From contig CAWGIE010000020.1 in assembly GCA_963822585.1 (NCBI GenBank), positions 1 through 33,090 on the forward strand: 33,090 nucleotides of DNA. Direction: 5' to 3'. The DNA comes from an uncultured bacterium (GTDB lineage Bacteria > Auribacterota > Erginobacteria > Erginobacterales > Erginobacteraceae). The notes under the pieces were generated by a model. The model was given only the letters and a program-made list of their open reading frames with translations. It was not told the origin of the DNA and did no database searches. Below are positions 22,283-32,950 of the stretch, piece after piece. How positions within the stretch are numbered: position 1 is the first letter of the stretch; every line of letters begins with the position of its first letter. A program made the translations under genes and the position numbers.

Positions 22283-23272
22283 ATGAAGCGGAGATCGGTC
22301 GCACTCGCGATGTTAGGTGCACTACTGGCGTGTCAATCCGCCATCGGCCAGCAACTTACCCCGATAAAAGTCGGCATATCGGACACGGTCAACACCGTCC
22401 TGCCGGTATGGATGGCGCAGGAGGGCGGCTTCTATGCGGCCAACGGGCTCAAGGTCGAGATCATCAACATGCATGGCGGCAGCCGCGGCGCTAAGGAATT
22501 GCAGGCCGGACATATCGATTTGATGCGCGTCGGTATGTCGTCGGTGGTGCAGGTCAACCGGGCCGCCGGCGATCTGCGGCTGATCGCGTCGATGAGCAAT
22601 GTCATCCGCTTCGTGATCGTCAGTGCGCCCGGCGTGAAAACGGGCGCCGATCTCAAGGGCGGTGTCGTTGGCGTAAGCTCGTTTGGTTCGGAGAGCGACT
22701 CGAGCATCACGCTTGCGCTCGAACGCTTCGGCCTCACCCGCGCCGACGTGACGGTGAAGCAATATGGCGGCGGATCGAAGCGCCTGGCGGCGGTGCGTTC
22801 CGGCGAAATCAAGGCGACCGCCATCAATGAGCCGACGACAAGCCGCGCCCGTGCCGAAGGCGTGCACGTGTTGCTTGATCTCGCGGCCGAAAAAATTCCA
22901 TGGCTTTTCAGCGGCGTGGTGGTGCGCCGCGCCGACCTGAGACAACGCCGTGACCTGCTAACGCGGCTTCCTCAAGGCCGTGATCGAGGGCAACTACCTG
23001 GCGCTCGCCGACGCGGCGCGCGCAAAGAGGGTGCTGGCGCGGGAGGCAAAAATCAAAAATGCGAAAATCCTCGACATCAGCTATGCGGATTTCAAGGCGC
23101 AGTCGCCGCCGAACATGGACATCTCGCTGCCGGGCGCCATCAATGTGCTGAAGCTCAATGCCGGCAGCCGGCAGCGATAACGCGGCCGACTACATCGATG
23201 GCAGCGTGCTCGCAGACCTCAAGAAGACGAACTTCTTTCGCTGCACTCGAAAAGAAGTATGGAAAGCGGTAG
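22283..23272 (+). CDS. ABC-type substrate-binding protein (NMT1/SsuA/TauA-like), frameshifted
   Basis: Signal peptide, PVWMAQEGGFYAANGLKVE, DLKGGVVGVSSFGSES, RLAAVRSGEIKA; RBS GGGAGG/GGAAGG. Confidence 0.82.
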   Translation: MKRRSVALAMLGALLACQSAIGQQLTPIKVGISDTVNTVLPVWMAQEGGFYAANGLKVEIINMHGGSRGAKELQAGHIDLMRVGMSSVVQVNRAAGDLRLIASMSNVIRFVIVSAPGVKTGADLKGGVVGVSSFGSESDSSITLALERFGLTRADVTVKQYGGGSKRLAAVRSGEIKATAINEPTTSRARAEGVHVLLDLAAEKIPWLFSGVVVRRADLRQRRDLLTRLPQGRDRGQLPGARRRGARKEGAGAGGKNQKCENPRHQLCGFQGAVAAEHGHLAAGRHQCAEAQCRQPAAITRPTTSMAACSQTSRRRTSFAALEKKYGKR

Positions 23273-23280
23273 CGTTCACT

Positions 23281-23365
23281 GTCGCTCCCGTGAATGCGGG
23301 ACCCCGTCGTCCGGTTGCGACCGAGAGCACACGGCGCAGGAGTCCCTCGCCTGCGCGCGGACGAC
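23281..23365. repeat. REP/RIME-like palindromic element (degenerate)
   Basis: GTCGCTCCCGTGAATGCGGGACCC...GAGTCCCTCGCCTGCGCGCGGACGAC. Confidence 0.55.
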
Positions 23366-23381
23366 ATCGATGGAGAGGCTG

Positions 23382-24436
23382 ATGATTAAGATCACAAGAT
23401 TATCATTGCTCAGTGTCGGCCTGCTGCTGGCTTCGCCGGCGAATTCAATCCGCCTCGGCCGATCCGGTGGCGGATTTCTACAAGGGAAAGCAGATCAATT
23501 TCATCATCGGCGGCGGCGCCGGCGGCGGCTATGACGTCTATTTCCGCGCGCTGGCCCGCCATATGGGCAAGCACATACCCGGCAATCCGACCTTCATTCC
23601 CCGCAATTTGCCGGCGGCCAGCGGACTTGCCGCCGCCGCGATGATCTACACCACCGCCGACCGCGACGGCGCGACGATCGGCGCGTTCCCGAACAACGTG
23701 ACCATGGATCCGCTGTTCGGCAATCCGGGCGCCCGCTACGACTCGCTCAAGCTCAACTGGCTCGGCTCGATCGGCAAGCTGCAGAACGTCTGCGCCACCT
23801 GGCACACGAGCCCGATCAAGACCATCCAACAGGCGCAGAGCGCGAAGTGACGGTTGGCGCCGCTGGCGCGACCTCGAACACCGCGATCATGCCGAAGGTG
23901 CTGAACGCGCTGCTCGACACCAAGTTCAAGGTCATCGCCGGCTACGATCCGGGCTCCGGCCTCACCATGTCGATCGAGCGCGGCGAGGTCGAAGGCATCT
24001 GCGGCCTGTCGTGGTCGACGATGAAGGCATCGCGGCCGCATTGGATTTCGCAAGCATCTGCTCAACGTCATCGTGCAGATGGGCCTCGAAAAACTGCCCG
24101 AACTGCCCAACGTGCCCTCGGCACTCGAGATCGTGAAAGACCCGCAGAAGAAGAAGGTGCTCACGCTGATCCTGATGCGGCAGGAGCCCGGCCGCCCGGT
24201 CGCGGCGCCGCCCGGCGTGCCGGCGGATCGGGTGGCGGCGCTGCGCAAGGCTTTCGAGGAGACGATGAAGGACCCCGACTTCGTCAAGGAGGCCACCAAG
24301 CTCAACATGGAGATCGAGCCGATGACCGGCGCACAGATCGACAAGCTGCTGGCAGGAGGCCTACGCGACGCCAAAGCCGATCGTGCAGCAGGCCGCCAAA
24401 TTGATCGCGCGCCCGAAGCGGAAAGGGAAGAAGTAG
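23382..24436 (+). CDS. Bug/TctC-family substrate-binding protein (orphan), frameshifted
   Basis: ADFYKGKQINFIIGGGAGGGYD, HIPGNP, IERGEVEG, APPGVPADRVAALRKAF. Confidence 0.85.
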
Positions 24437-24454
24437 GAGGGGCGCCCTTCCACC

Positions 24455-24551
24455 GTCTTGGCCGGGTCTTGGCCGGGCCTCGTCCCGGCCATCCCGATCA
24501 GGGAGGCACTGCGTTCCTAAGCGAGATGCCCGCGACAAGCGCGGGCATGAC
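24455..24551. repeat. REP/RIME-like element with an 11-bp tandem duplication at its left end
   Basis: GTCTTGGCCGG x2, then GCCTCGTCCCGGCCATCC...GATGCCCGCGACAAGCGCGGGCATGAC; lies between convergent genes. Confidence 0.75.
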
Positions 24552-24609
24552 GAGTTAAACTGAAATCATCGTGCTTTTAATCCGATTCAAATTTCTAAAC
24601 GGATGACAT

Positions 24610-25381
24610 TCACTCCCGATAGCTCGGGTCGATCCTGTCGAGCATTCGAAGCAGCGAGGGCCAGCCATTGGCGCGGCCGTCATAACGCTCGAACTGGCCG
24701 GCGGCATGCTCCATCAGATTGGGTGAGAGCTTGATGAGCTTGCCGCCGGTCGACATCGCGGCGATCTGCGTTTTGCAGCTCTTTTCGAGATTGCGCATGG
24801 TCAGGAAGGCGGCTGACACCGTCGGGCCGCAGGTGAGCAGGCCGTGATTGCGCAAAATGAGCGAATTGTAACTGCCAAGATCGCGCACCAGCCGTCGCGC
24901 TCGTCGAGGTTGTCGGCGACGCCTTCGTAATCGTGATAGCCGATGCGGTTGTAGAAGCGCATCGATTTCTGGGTGAGCGGCAGCAGCCCCTCTTCCAGGC
25001 TGCGACCGCCATGCCGGCAACGGTGTGGGTGTGAGCACGCATTTGGCGTCCGGCCGCGCCGCATGCACCGCGGAATGGATGACGAAGCCCGCCGGGTTGA
25101 TGGTGTATTCGGTGTCCTGGACGATATTGCCGTCGAGATCGACCTTGACCAGGTTCGAGGCGGTGATCTGAGTGTACATCACACCATAGGGATTGAGCAG
25201 GAAGTGCTCCTCCGGGCCCCGGCACCCGCGCGGAAATGTGGGTCGCGAACAGGTCATCCATGTCGTAATGCGCGATCAGCCGGTAACAGGCGGCAAGATC
25301 GACGCGCATCTGCCGCTCCTCGGGACTTATCGCGCTCGCGGGCGCGGCGCGGCGGGAGATGACGACGGGTTTAGTGGCCAT
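24610..25381 (-). CDS. Class II aldolase/adducin family protein, frameshifted
   Basis: RVDLAACYRL, THISARVPG, ITASNLVKVD, AGFVIHSAVH, H-T-H metal motif, LRNHGLL. Confidence 0.9.
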
Positions 25382-25435
25382 GGCGGATTTCCTCCCCTAG
25401 CGGTTTTGCGAGCTTTCGGCGCAGTCTACCCTATT

Positions 25436-25522
25436 GTCGTCCCCGCGAAAGCGGGAACCCATGCGCCGTGAACTCTCGATAGAAAAACAGCGGGTATGGG
25501 CCCGCTTGCGCGAGGGGACGGC
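25436..25522. repeat. REP/RIME-like palindromic element
   Basis: GTCGTCCCCGCGAAAGCGGGAACCCAT...TATGGGCCCGCTTGCGCGAGGGGACGGC. Confidence 0.7.
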
Positions 25523-25524
25523 CG

Positions 25525-26523
25525 TCACACGCCGTAAAATTCTTCCGGCTCGACCACGCGGTTGTTCGCAAGAGCCCGCGCAGCGCCGCGCGCACCAGGA
25601 TGAGCCGCGTCTCCTCGGTCGAGGCGCCGATATGCGGGGTCGCCAGCATGTTGGGATGGCGCAAAGTCGATCGTTCTGCGCCGGCTCGGCGGCAAAAACA
25701 TCGAAGCAGGCCGCGACCAGATCGCCGCTTTCGAGGCGCTCGAGCAGCGCGTCCTCGTCCACGATCTCGCCGCGGCAGGTATTGATCAGCACGCAATCCT
25801 TGCGCAGCTTCGACAGCGCCTCGCGCGAATAAAGCCCGCGCGTGAGATGCGTCTTCGGCAGATGCAGCGTCAGCACTTCGGAGCGCGCCAGCAGTTCGTC
25901 GAACGACACCGGCGTCACGTTCCACTCCTTGTAGAAGTCCGCATAATCCTTGATGTCGCAGGCAAGGATCGTGCAGTCGAACGGCTTGAGCAGCCGCACG
26001 ACCTCCTTGCCGATATTGCCGCAGCCGTGGATGCCGACGGTGCGGCCGCTGAGAAAGCGGCCGTTGCGCAGCCGCGGCCGCTCGCCGGCGCGCATCGCGA
26101 CATTGAGCGGCATCACCCAGCGCAGCGCCATCAGCATGAAGCCGAGCGCCAGTTCGGCGACCGCGAGCTTGTTGACGCCCCAGGTATAGCCGAAGCGCAC
26201 GCCGTGGCGCTTCATCGCCGCGAAATCGAAGCTCTCGCAGCCGTTGCCGTATTTGCTGATGATCTTGAGATTGGGCAGCGCCGCGAGCACGCGCTCGGTC
26301 ACCGGCTCGAAGCCGATAATGGCGGCATCGCAGTCGGACAGGAATTCGATCAGTTCGTCTTCGGTGAGGCGGCGGTTGCGATCGTGAAATTTGGCTGTCG
26401 GGTAGGCGTCGAGCACCTCCTGCCGCATTGCCGGATGCCGGTTGACGTGGTCGGCGACGACGCCGAGCTGACGGATGGTGGCTTCGGCAGACGCTGACGG
26501 CTTTCAACGGTCGTTGTTGTCAT
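25525..26523 (-). CDS. D-isomer-specific 2-hydroxyacid dehydrogenase (phosphoglycerate dehydrogenase-like, no ACT domain), frameshifted
   Basis: AVAELALG, GIHGCGNIG Rossmann motif, LINTCRGEIVDE, DVFAAEP, TPHIGAST. Confidence 0.9.
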
Positions 26524-26567
26524 TGCACTTCACTCTGAACTCACTCTTGTCATGGGAAGCGATGGAT

Positions 26568-26841
26568 TCACTCGGGGTCCTTGGCCCCCTGGATGCGCTC
26601 GGCATAGATCGGCGGCGTCAGCGCCGAACAGATTCCAGCGGTTCATGTGGCCGAGCAGGAACGGATGCGTGCCCCACTCGTAGAGCTACTTCATGTCGCC
26701 GTCGAGCAGCGCCTTGCGCTCCTCGTCGGTGAACGGCCAGTCGTTGATCGCCTCGGCGGGATCGCTCTTCACCGCCTCGCGCAACGCGGGCTGTCGTGAT
26801 AGCAGCCGGTAGCACAGCTTGTTGACCTGATAGGCGCTCAT
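26568..26841 (-). CDS. LigA-like small subunit of an extradiol dioxygenase, frameshifted
   Basis: MSAYQVNKLCYRL...FTDEERKALLDGD..LYEWGTHPFLL; start overlaps the stop of the LigB-like gene. Confidence 0.7.
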
Positions 26842-27671
26842 GATTCGAAGTTCCACGCCAGGCCGCATAGGCGTGCCCGTCCTTTCGTTGTGGTCGGCGA
26901 TATAGTCCGGCTTCTCTTGCCGACGTGCCGAGCATGACGATCCAGTTCAACAGTTCGCCGCCGATATTGCCGGCCTGCCACATCCGCTCGGGCGTCGCTT
27001 CGGCGACCAGAATTCGTCGACTCGCCATTCTTGATGCGGCGTGCAGGTGCCGTGACCATTCGATGTCGGGAACGCTGTCGCGTCCGCGCGTGATCGATCC
27101 GCGGGCCCGCGACCTCGAGCGAGAAGCTGCCGCTCGCCAGCACCACCACGCGCAGATCGCGCGGCAGCGCTGTCGATCGCGCCGCGCAGCATATTGCCGA
27201 GCGCATGGCAGCGGCGCGCGGTCGGCAGCGGCTTGACGAAGGTGTTGACCCAGATCGGCACCACCGGCGTCTGTTACGCCGTCGGTGAGATAATGCAGCG
27301 GCACCATCATCGCGTGGTCCATTCCGAATTCCTGCGACCACCGCGAAGTCGAAACCCGCTCGATACCGGCCTTGAGGATATGGCGCGGCGAGAGCGGATT
27401 GCACCTTGAAGTCGTAATCGGCATCTTGGTCTGATCGTTCGGACCGAACGTCTTCTCGCTGACGCCGATGGCGAAGGTCGGAAAATTGTTCAGGAAGAAA
27501 GTGTTGAAGTGGTCGTTGGCGATGATGACGATCGCGTCGGGCCGCGCAGCATCGAGCACAGCCTTGACCCCGCTGTAGAGCTCGCGGCGTTTCCTCGGGG
27601 CCATCTTTCGCAAACTGCGAGGGATAATGCGGCGAATGCGGGACGCCGACCCCGGCTACGAGTTGGGCCAT
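26838..27671 (-). CDS. LigB-like (class III) extradiol ring-cleavage dioxygenase catalytic subunit, frameshifted
   Basis: GVGVPHSP, PDAIVIIANDHFNTFFLNNFPTFAIG, DHAMMVPL, AGNIGGELLNW. Confidence 0.85.
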   Translation of the reverse strand: MAQLVAGVGVPHSPHYPSQFAKDGPEETPRALQRGQGCARCCAARRDRHHRQRPLQHFLPEQFSDLRHRRQREDVRSERSDQDADYDFKVQSALAAPYPQGRYRAGFDFAVVAGIRNGPRDDGAAALSHRRRNRRRWCRSGSTPSSSRCRPRAAAMRSAICCAARSTALPRDLRVVVLASGSFSLEVAGPRIDHARTRQRSRHRMVTAPARRIKNGESTNSGRRSDARADVAGRQYRRRTVELDRHARHVGKRSRTISPTTTKGRARLCGLAWNFES

Positions 27672-27781
27672 TCCAATTCCCCGGTTGAGACCGGCCGTAG
27701 AATGGGCCGAAATCCTCCCCGGAGACAAGCGGCAGGAGGGCATGTAGTGTCACTATTTGGAAGGCGGTACGAGCGAAAATC

Positions 27782-28241
27782 GTGGCCAAGTTAGAGAGCC
27801 AGTCAATGAACGGTCTCGTGAAAACCGAAAAAAAGAGACGAAAGTCGGGCATCCCCACCGGCAATGCTGGCGAATACTTAGTCATGGGCGAGTTGTTGCG
27901 GCGTGGGTTTGATGCGCAGCTCGCAGATCGTAACACGAAGGGCTACGATTTGGTGGCCGGCTGGCCTGGTGCACAACTCAAAATAGTTCAAAGTGAAAAC
28001 CGTTCGAACACAGCCTTGGTTCGTCAATCGAGTAAGCTTCAGTGGTGACCTGCTGAATCAGGCAACAGTCTATGTGCTTCTCGGCCCCCAGGAGAATGAA
28101 AATCCCGCTCGATTTTTCATTGCCAAGAATAGTGACGTAGCAGCGCATGCTCACTATCCTGAAGGCTGGTCAAAAAATGGATTTTTAAAGTTCAAGGCAA
28201 TCGAGATGTACGAAAATCAGTGGGCTCTTTTGCGGGACTAA
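27782..28241 (+). CDS. Small PD-(D/E)XK nuclease-like protein, one frameshift near 27990
   Basis: TGNAGEYLVMGELLRRG...GYDL...IVQVKT fits the E...(P)D...(Q/E)xK pattern; locally low GC. Start may be 27782, 27806 or 27818. Confidence 0.65.
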
Positions 28242-28296
28242 ATTCAATTAGGACACCATCAAGCATTGGCTATGTTTGGAGTTGAGGATCAAGGGC

Positions 28297-29508
28297 ATGC
28301 TCAAATCGCGTATTGACTGCGGAAGAAACCGCCGAGCGCGGCAGCGCGGCGCCGACCTCGTTGCACAGGCGCGCGCACTCGTCCCGACCATCGCCGCAGC
28401 GGCCGACCGGATCGAGCGCGAGCGGGTTATCCCGCAAGACGTGCTCGATGCCATGCATGCGGCGCGGCTGTTCCGCACGCTGATCCCGAAAAGTCTCGGC
28501 GGCGAGGAGGTCGAGCCCACAGTTTTCTGCCTGTGATCGAGACCGTCGCGATGGGAGACGCCGAGCGTCGCCTGGTGTCTATGCCAGAACTCGGGGGTGT
28601 CGATGGCAGCGGCCTACCTCGCTCCCGAAATCGCGCAGGAACTGTTCGGCGATCCGCACGCCGCGGTCGTCAACCGGACAGCCGTCCGCCGCCGCCAAGG
28701 CCGTTGCCGTCGAGGGCGGTTATCGGGTGACCGGACACTGGCGCTTCGCCAGCGGCAGCCGCCACTCGCAATGGCTTGGCGGCCACGCGACCGTCTACGA
28801 GCCGGATGGCAGCCGCCGCCTCGATCCGGACGGAAAGCCCGTTGAGCAGCGCACCATGCTGTTTGCGAAATCGCAGGCGAAGATCACCGACACCTGGCAG
28901 GTTGTCGGCCTCAAGGGCACCGGCAGCGACGATTATGAGGTCAACGACTTGTTCGTGCCGGAGGCCTACAGCTTCACCCGCGAATCGGATGCCGACCGGC
29001 GCGAGGCCGGGCCGCTGTATCGCTTCTCCATCTTCAACATGTTCGGCATCGGTTTCTGCGCCGTTGCGCTCGGTGTCGCCCGCACGCTGCTCGATGAATT
29101 CATCGCTCTCGCCAAGATGAAGAAGGCGCACTCCTCGGGCAGCCGCTGGCGCAAAACAATTTCGTCCAGACGCAGATCGGCCTTTGCGAGTTGCGCCTCG
29201 GTGCAGGGCGCAATCACGTGCTCGAAATCTATCGCCGCATGTACGAGCATGCGGCCCGCGGCCTTGCGACCAGCTCCGACCAGCGCGTCGCCGCTCGCGG
29301 CGCGACCTGCTTCGCGATCAGGCTGGCGCGCGAAGTCGTGGATTATGTCTATCAGGCGGCCGGCACCAATTCGATTTTCGAAAACAACCGCTACGAGCGC
29401 CGTTTCCGCGACTTCCATACCCTGACCCAGCAGAGCCAGGCGCATACGGAGAATTTCGAGGCGCTCGGGCAATCACTGCTCGGGATCAAGCCGGTGCGAA
29501 AGCTATAG
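28297..29508 (+). CDS. Acyl-CoA dehydrogenase-fold flavin-dependent monooxygenase oxygenase component (HsaA/C2-like), frameshifted
   Basis: ADRIERERVIP, GYRVTGHWRFASGS, DTWQVVGLKGTGSDD, AGTNSIF..NRYERRFRD.H. Confidence 0.85.
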
Positions 29509-29603
29509 CCGGCATGGAATTTGGTGTTTACTGCATCATCGCGGATGATGACGCAGTGAACGCGTATCTTGGAAAACCAAAGCAACGTAGAATGGGAAAA
29601 TAG

Positions 29604-30320
29604 ATGCTCCGTGTGGCCTTTGTGGTCGGCGACTATCCGCCGGCAGAAAAGAAATTGCGCGAGGACGTAGCCAAGAGCTATTCGAATGCCGAGGTCGAGG
29701 TCGGAATCATTCCGCAAAGCCGGCGCCCTTCGGCGGGCTTGGACCGGCCGAAATCCAGCTGGTCGCGCCCTATTACCACGACGCCTTCATCCGCGCGGAA
29801 CAGGAAGGCTATGACGCTGTAGTACCGCTCGGCGACTCTCGATCTCGGCGTCGACGGCGGTCGCTCATTGGTAGACATCCCGGTGATCGGCCCGTGCGAG
29901 GCGATGTTTCACATCGCCGCCCAGCTTGGCGACCGTTTCGGCGTCATTTGCTACCACGATTTCGTCATTCCAAGGCAGATCACCCAAACCCGGTTCTACG
30001 GCATGGAGCCCTGGATCGCCGGCCGGCGCGCGTCCGGTTTCAAGCTCAAGGACATCGGCGCGAACAAGGATGACATGATGGACAACTTCATGGCCGCCGC
30101 CCGTTCCCTCATCGAGGAGGATGGTGCCGACGTCATACTCCCGCATGGGATCACCCAGTGCCCGGTGAACATCAAGCCCGACTGGCTCAGCAAAGAGTTG
30201 GGCGTGCCGGTGGTCGAAGGCATCGGGGCGCCGATCCGGATGGCAGCGATGCTCGCCGGCCTTGGCTACAAGCACAGCCGCAGGCGTTGGCCGAAGTCGA
30301 ACGCGCGCCCGAACGTTTGA
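29604..30320 (+). CDS. Hydantoin racemase-like (Asp/Glu racemase fold) protein, frameshifted
   Basis: AEQEGYDAVV, DIPVIGPCEA, LGDRFGVI, EDGADVIL, LGVPVVEG, GYKHSRRRWP. Confidence 0.78.
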
Positions 30321-30802
30321 GGCCGGCGCGGCGGCGCTGATGCACAAGAGGTTCCCTCGCGATCCGTACTTCACGATCGCGATGTCCGCTCTTGATCGCA
30401 TCTCGGACGAGATAAGGTGAATGCTTCCGAATTTGTGCAGGTTTTCGGCCGCCGCGATGACGGGGCTCTCCACGCGCTGTGGCGGCCGGCGGCCGAAAAG
30501 CGCCAAGGCACGAAATCGCGGTGGGTGGTGCGCGGAGAGTGCCGCGGGCGCATCTATGGGGATTTAGCCGGGCTGAGGGTTGCGTGTGATGAAGCGCAGC
30601 GGCAACGAGACCGGTTTTGCCTCGTTGGCAGAATGTGAGTTGAGGCGCGATCGAGCAGCGGGCGAATTGCGCGATGAGATTATGAATCTTTTGGTAGTGA
30701 TCACGCATAAATCCGGTATGGCTAGGCAAGCGTCGGCGCTGCTGGGGAATGGCCAACATAGGCACTGAGCGTTGCTGCTTGTGTCGAGCGATGGGGTAGG
30801 CA

Positions 30803-32018
30803 TCATGAGGTATCGATCCTGATCGTCATCGGAGCGGGTGTGGGGCGGTGTTTGGGTTCACAGCCGCGCGCGAAGGTCTCGATAATGATCATACGTCCAC
30901 CGCAGCAGGGACATGGACGCGGCAGCACGCGGGCTTCGTCGTCCTCGTGCTTCGAGCGTGTCGGGTTCTTCTGGGCGAGACGGTACGGCGAGCAACTCGC
31001 GGGCGCGTGCGACGTTGGCTGCGCGGTTGCCATTGGCGAACAGTCCGTAGTGGCGGATGCGGTGCAAGCCCTTGGGCAGCACGTGCAACAGGAACCGCCG
31101 GATGAACTCGTGCGTGGCAGCGTCATTGTCTTGTAGCGAGCGGGCCCTTCGACCCGATAGTCCTTCCACTTGAAGGTGACGCTGTTCTGGTCGCGGCGAT
31201 CAGCCGGCTGTTGGCGATGGCGACGCGGTGGGTGTAGCGCGACAGGTAGGCGAGCACCGCCTCGCGGCCCGCCGAACGGCTGCTTCGCGTAGAGTACCCA
31301 CTCGGCCTTGCGCAGCGGCGCGAGGAAGCCGGTGAATGCTCTGGTGTCGGCGAGTGCGGCGTGGACGCCGAAGAACACGAGGCGGCCGGCCTCGTGCGCG
31401 GCTGCGAGCATCTAGGAAAGAGCCGGCGGAACAGGCGAGAGAGCACGCGCACGGGCAGGAGGAAGCTTGGCCGGCAAGACGATCCAGTACGCTCCGTCAT
31501 CGGACAGAGCCGCCACCCGGCACGATCATGTGGACGTGCGGGTGGTGGGTGAGCGCCGAGCCCCAACTGTGCAGAACGGCGGTGATGCTGATGCGGGCGC
31601 CCAGGTGCTTGGGATCGGCCGCGATCGTGAGCGTGGTCTCGGCCGCCGCCTTGAACAGGAGATCGTAGATCACGGCCTTGTTCTGGTAGGCAATATCGGC
31701 GATCGGCCCCGGCAGCGTGAACACGACGTGGAAGTAGCCGACAGGCAACAGCTCGGCCTCACGCTCGGCAAGCCATTCCTTGGCGGCGGCGCCCTGGCAC
31801 TTGGGACAATGCCGGTTGCGGCAGCTGTTATAGGCGATGACGGTGTGGGCGCAGTTCTCGCAGCGTGCAACATGGCCGCCGAGCGCTGCCGTGCGGCAGC
31901 GCTCGATGGCCGACATCACCTTCAACTGATCGAGGCTGACGTGCCCGGCATTGGCGTGACGCCACGCCGCCCCGTGGTCGCGAAAAATATCCGCGACCTC
32001 CAGCGCTGGACGGGACAT
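30803..32018 (-). CDS. IS91-family transposase with N-terminal zinc-binding domain, frameshifted
   Basis: LEVADIFR, CRTAALGGH, YNSCRNRHCPKCQ, YFHVVFTLP, HPHVH (HUH), YLSRYTHRVAI, IRHYGL, CPCCGG. Confidence 0.95.
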
Positions 32019-32030
32019 GGCCGCTGGCGG

Positions 32031-32950
32031 CTACGCTGGCGGCGGGTCTTTCCTGCTCCTCCTGGGCTTGTTGCGGGGCTGCGACAGCAGGTCGAGCGGG
32101 CTCTCGATGCCGGCGATCATGCCGGTGGCGACGCGCGTGTAGCGCGCTGTCGTATCTAATTTGTCGTGACCCAGCAAGCGCCTGGATGATTCTGATATCG
32201 GTGCCGCGCTCGAGCAGGTGGGTCGCGAAGCTGTGGCGCAGCGCATGCAGCGTCACGGCCTTCTTGATCCCGGCCGCGTCGGCCGCCTCATGGAACAGGC
32301 GGCTCAGCTGGCGGGTCGTCATCGGCTTGCCGGGCTTGCGGCCAGGAAACACCCAGCGCTCCTCAGGGGCGTGTGGCGTCCTAACGTGCCGGGCGAGCCT
32401 TCCACCATTGGCGCAGCAGATCGAGGGTCTCGGGCGACAGCATCACGTTACGATCCTTGCGGCCCTTGGACTGCTCGATGCGAATGATCTTCTGCGCGCT
32501 GTCGATATGCTTGACCTTCAGCCGGACCACCTCGCCCGCACGCAATCCGCAGCCATAGCCGAGACTAAGCAGCACGCGGGCCTTGAGGCTCGTGGCGACG
32601 GCCAGCAGACGCCGCGTCTCGTCCTGGCTCATGACCAGCGGGATCTTCTGCGGCTCGCGGATGTGATAGATCTCGGCGGCGAGGTCCAGTCGCCGCAGCG
32701 TCACGCGGAACAGGAACCGCAGCCCGGTCATGATGCGGTTGCGATTGCAGATGCTGTGGCCGGACTCGATCAAATGCAATTGGAACAAGCGGACCTCGGC
32801 CGGTGTGGCCGTATCGGGCGAGCGCTTCAGGTAGGCGGCGAACCGCTTACAGCTATAGACGTGGCTGCGTTGCGACGCCGGGCCGAGTTGGCGCGCCTTC
32901 ATGTCCTCGATCATGCGCTGGCGCAGCGGGCTGATGGCTTCCGTACTCAT
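32031..32950 (-). CDS. Tyrosine recombinase/integrase, frameshifted
   Basis: SPLRQRMIEDM N-terminus, YGCGLRAGE (R), KGRKDR (K), HALRHSFATHLLE (HxxR), LGH, TARY (catalytic Tyr). Confidence 0.95.

Noticed and set aside
62..32950. Frameshifts in most genes read as mass pseudogenisation or programmed frameshifting
   Set aside because: Single-base indels are scattered across unrelated genes whose motifs remain intact, which fits long-read consensus error better. Polishing with accurate reads would settle it.
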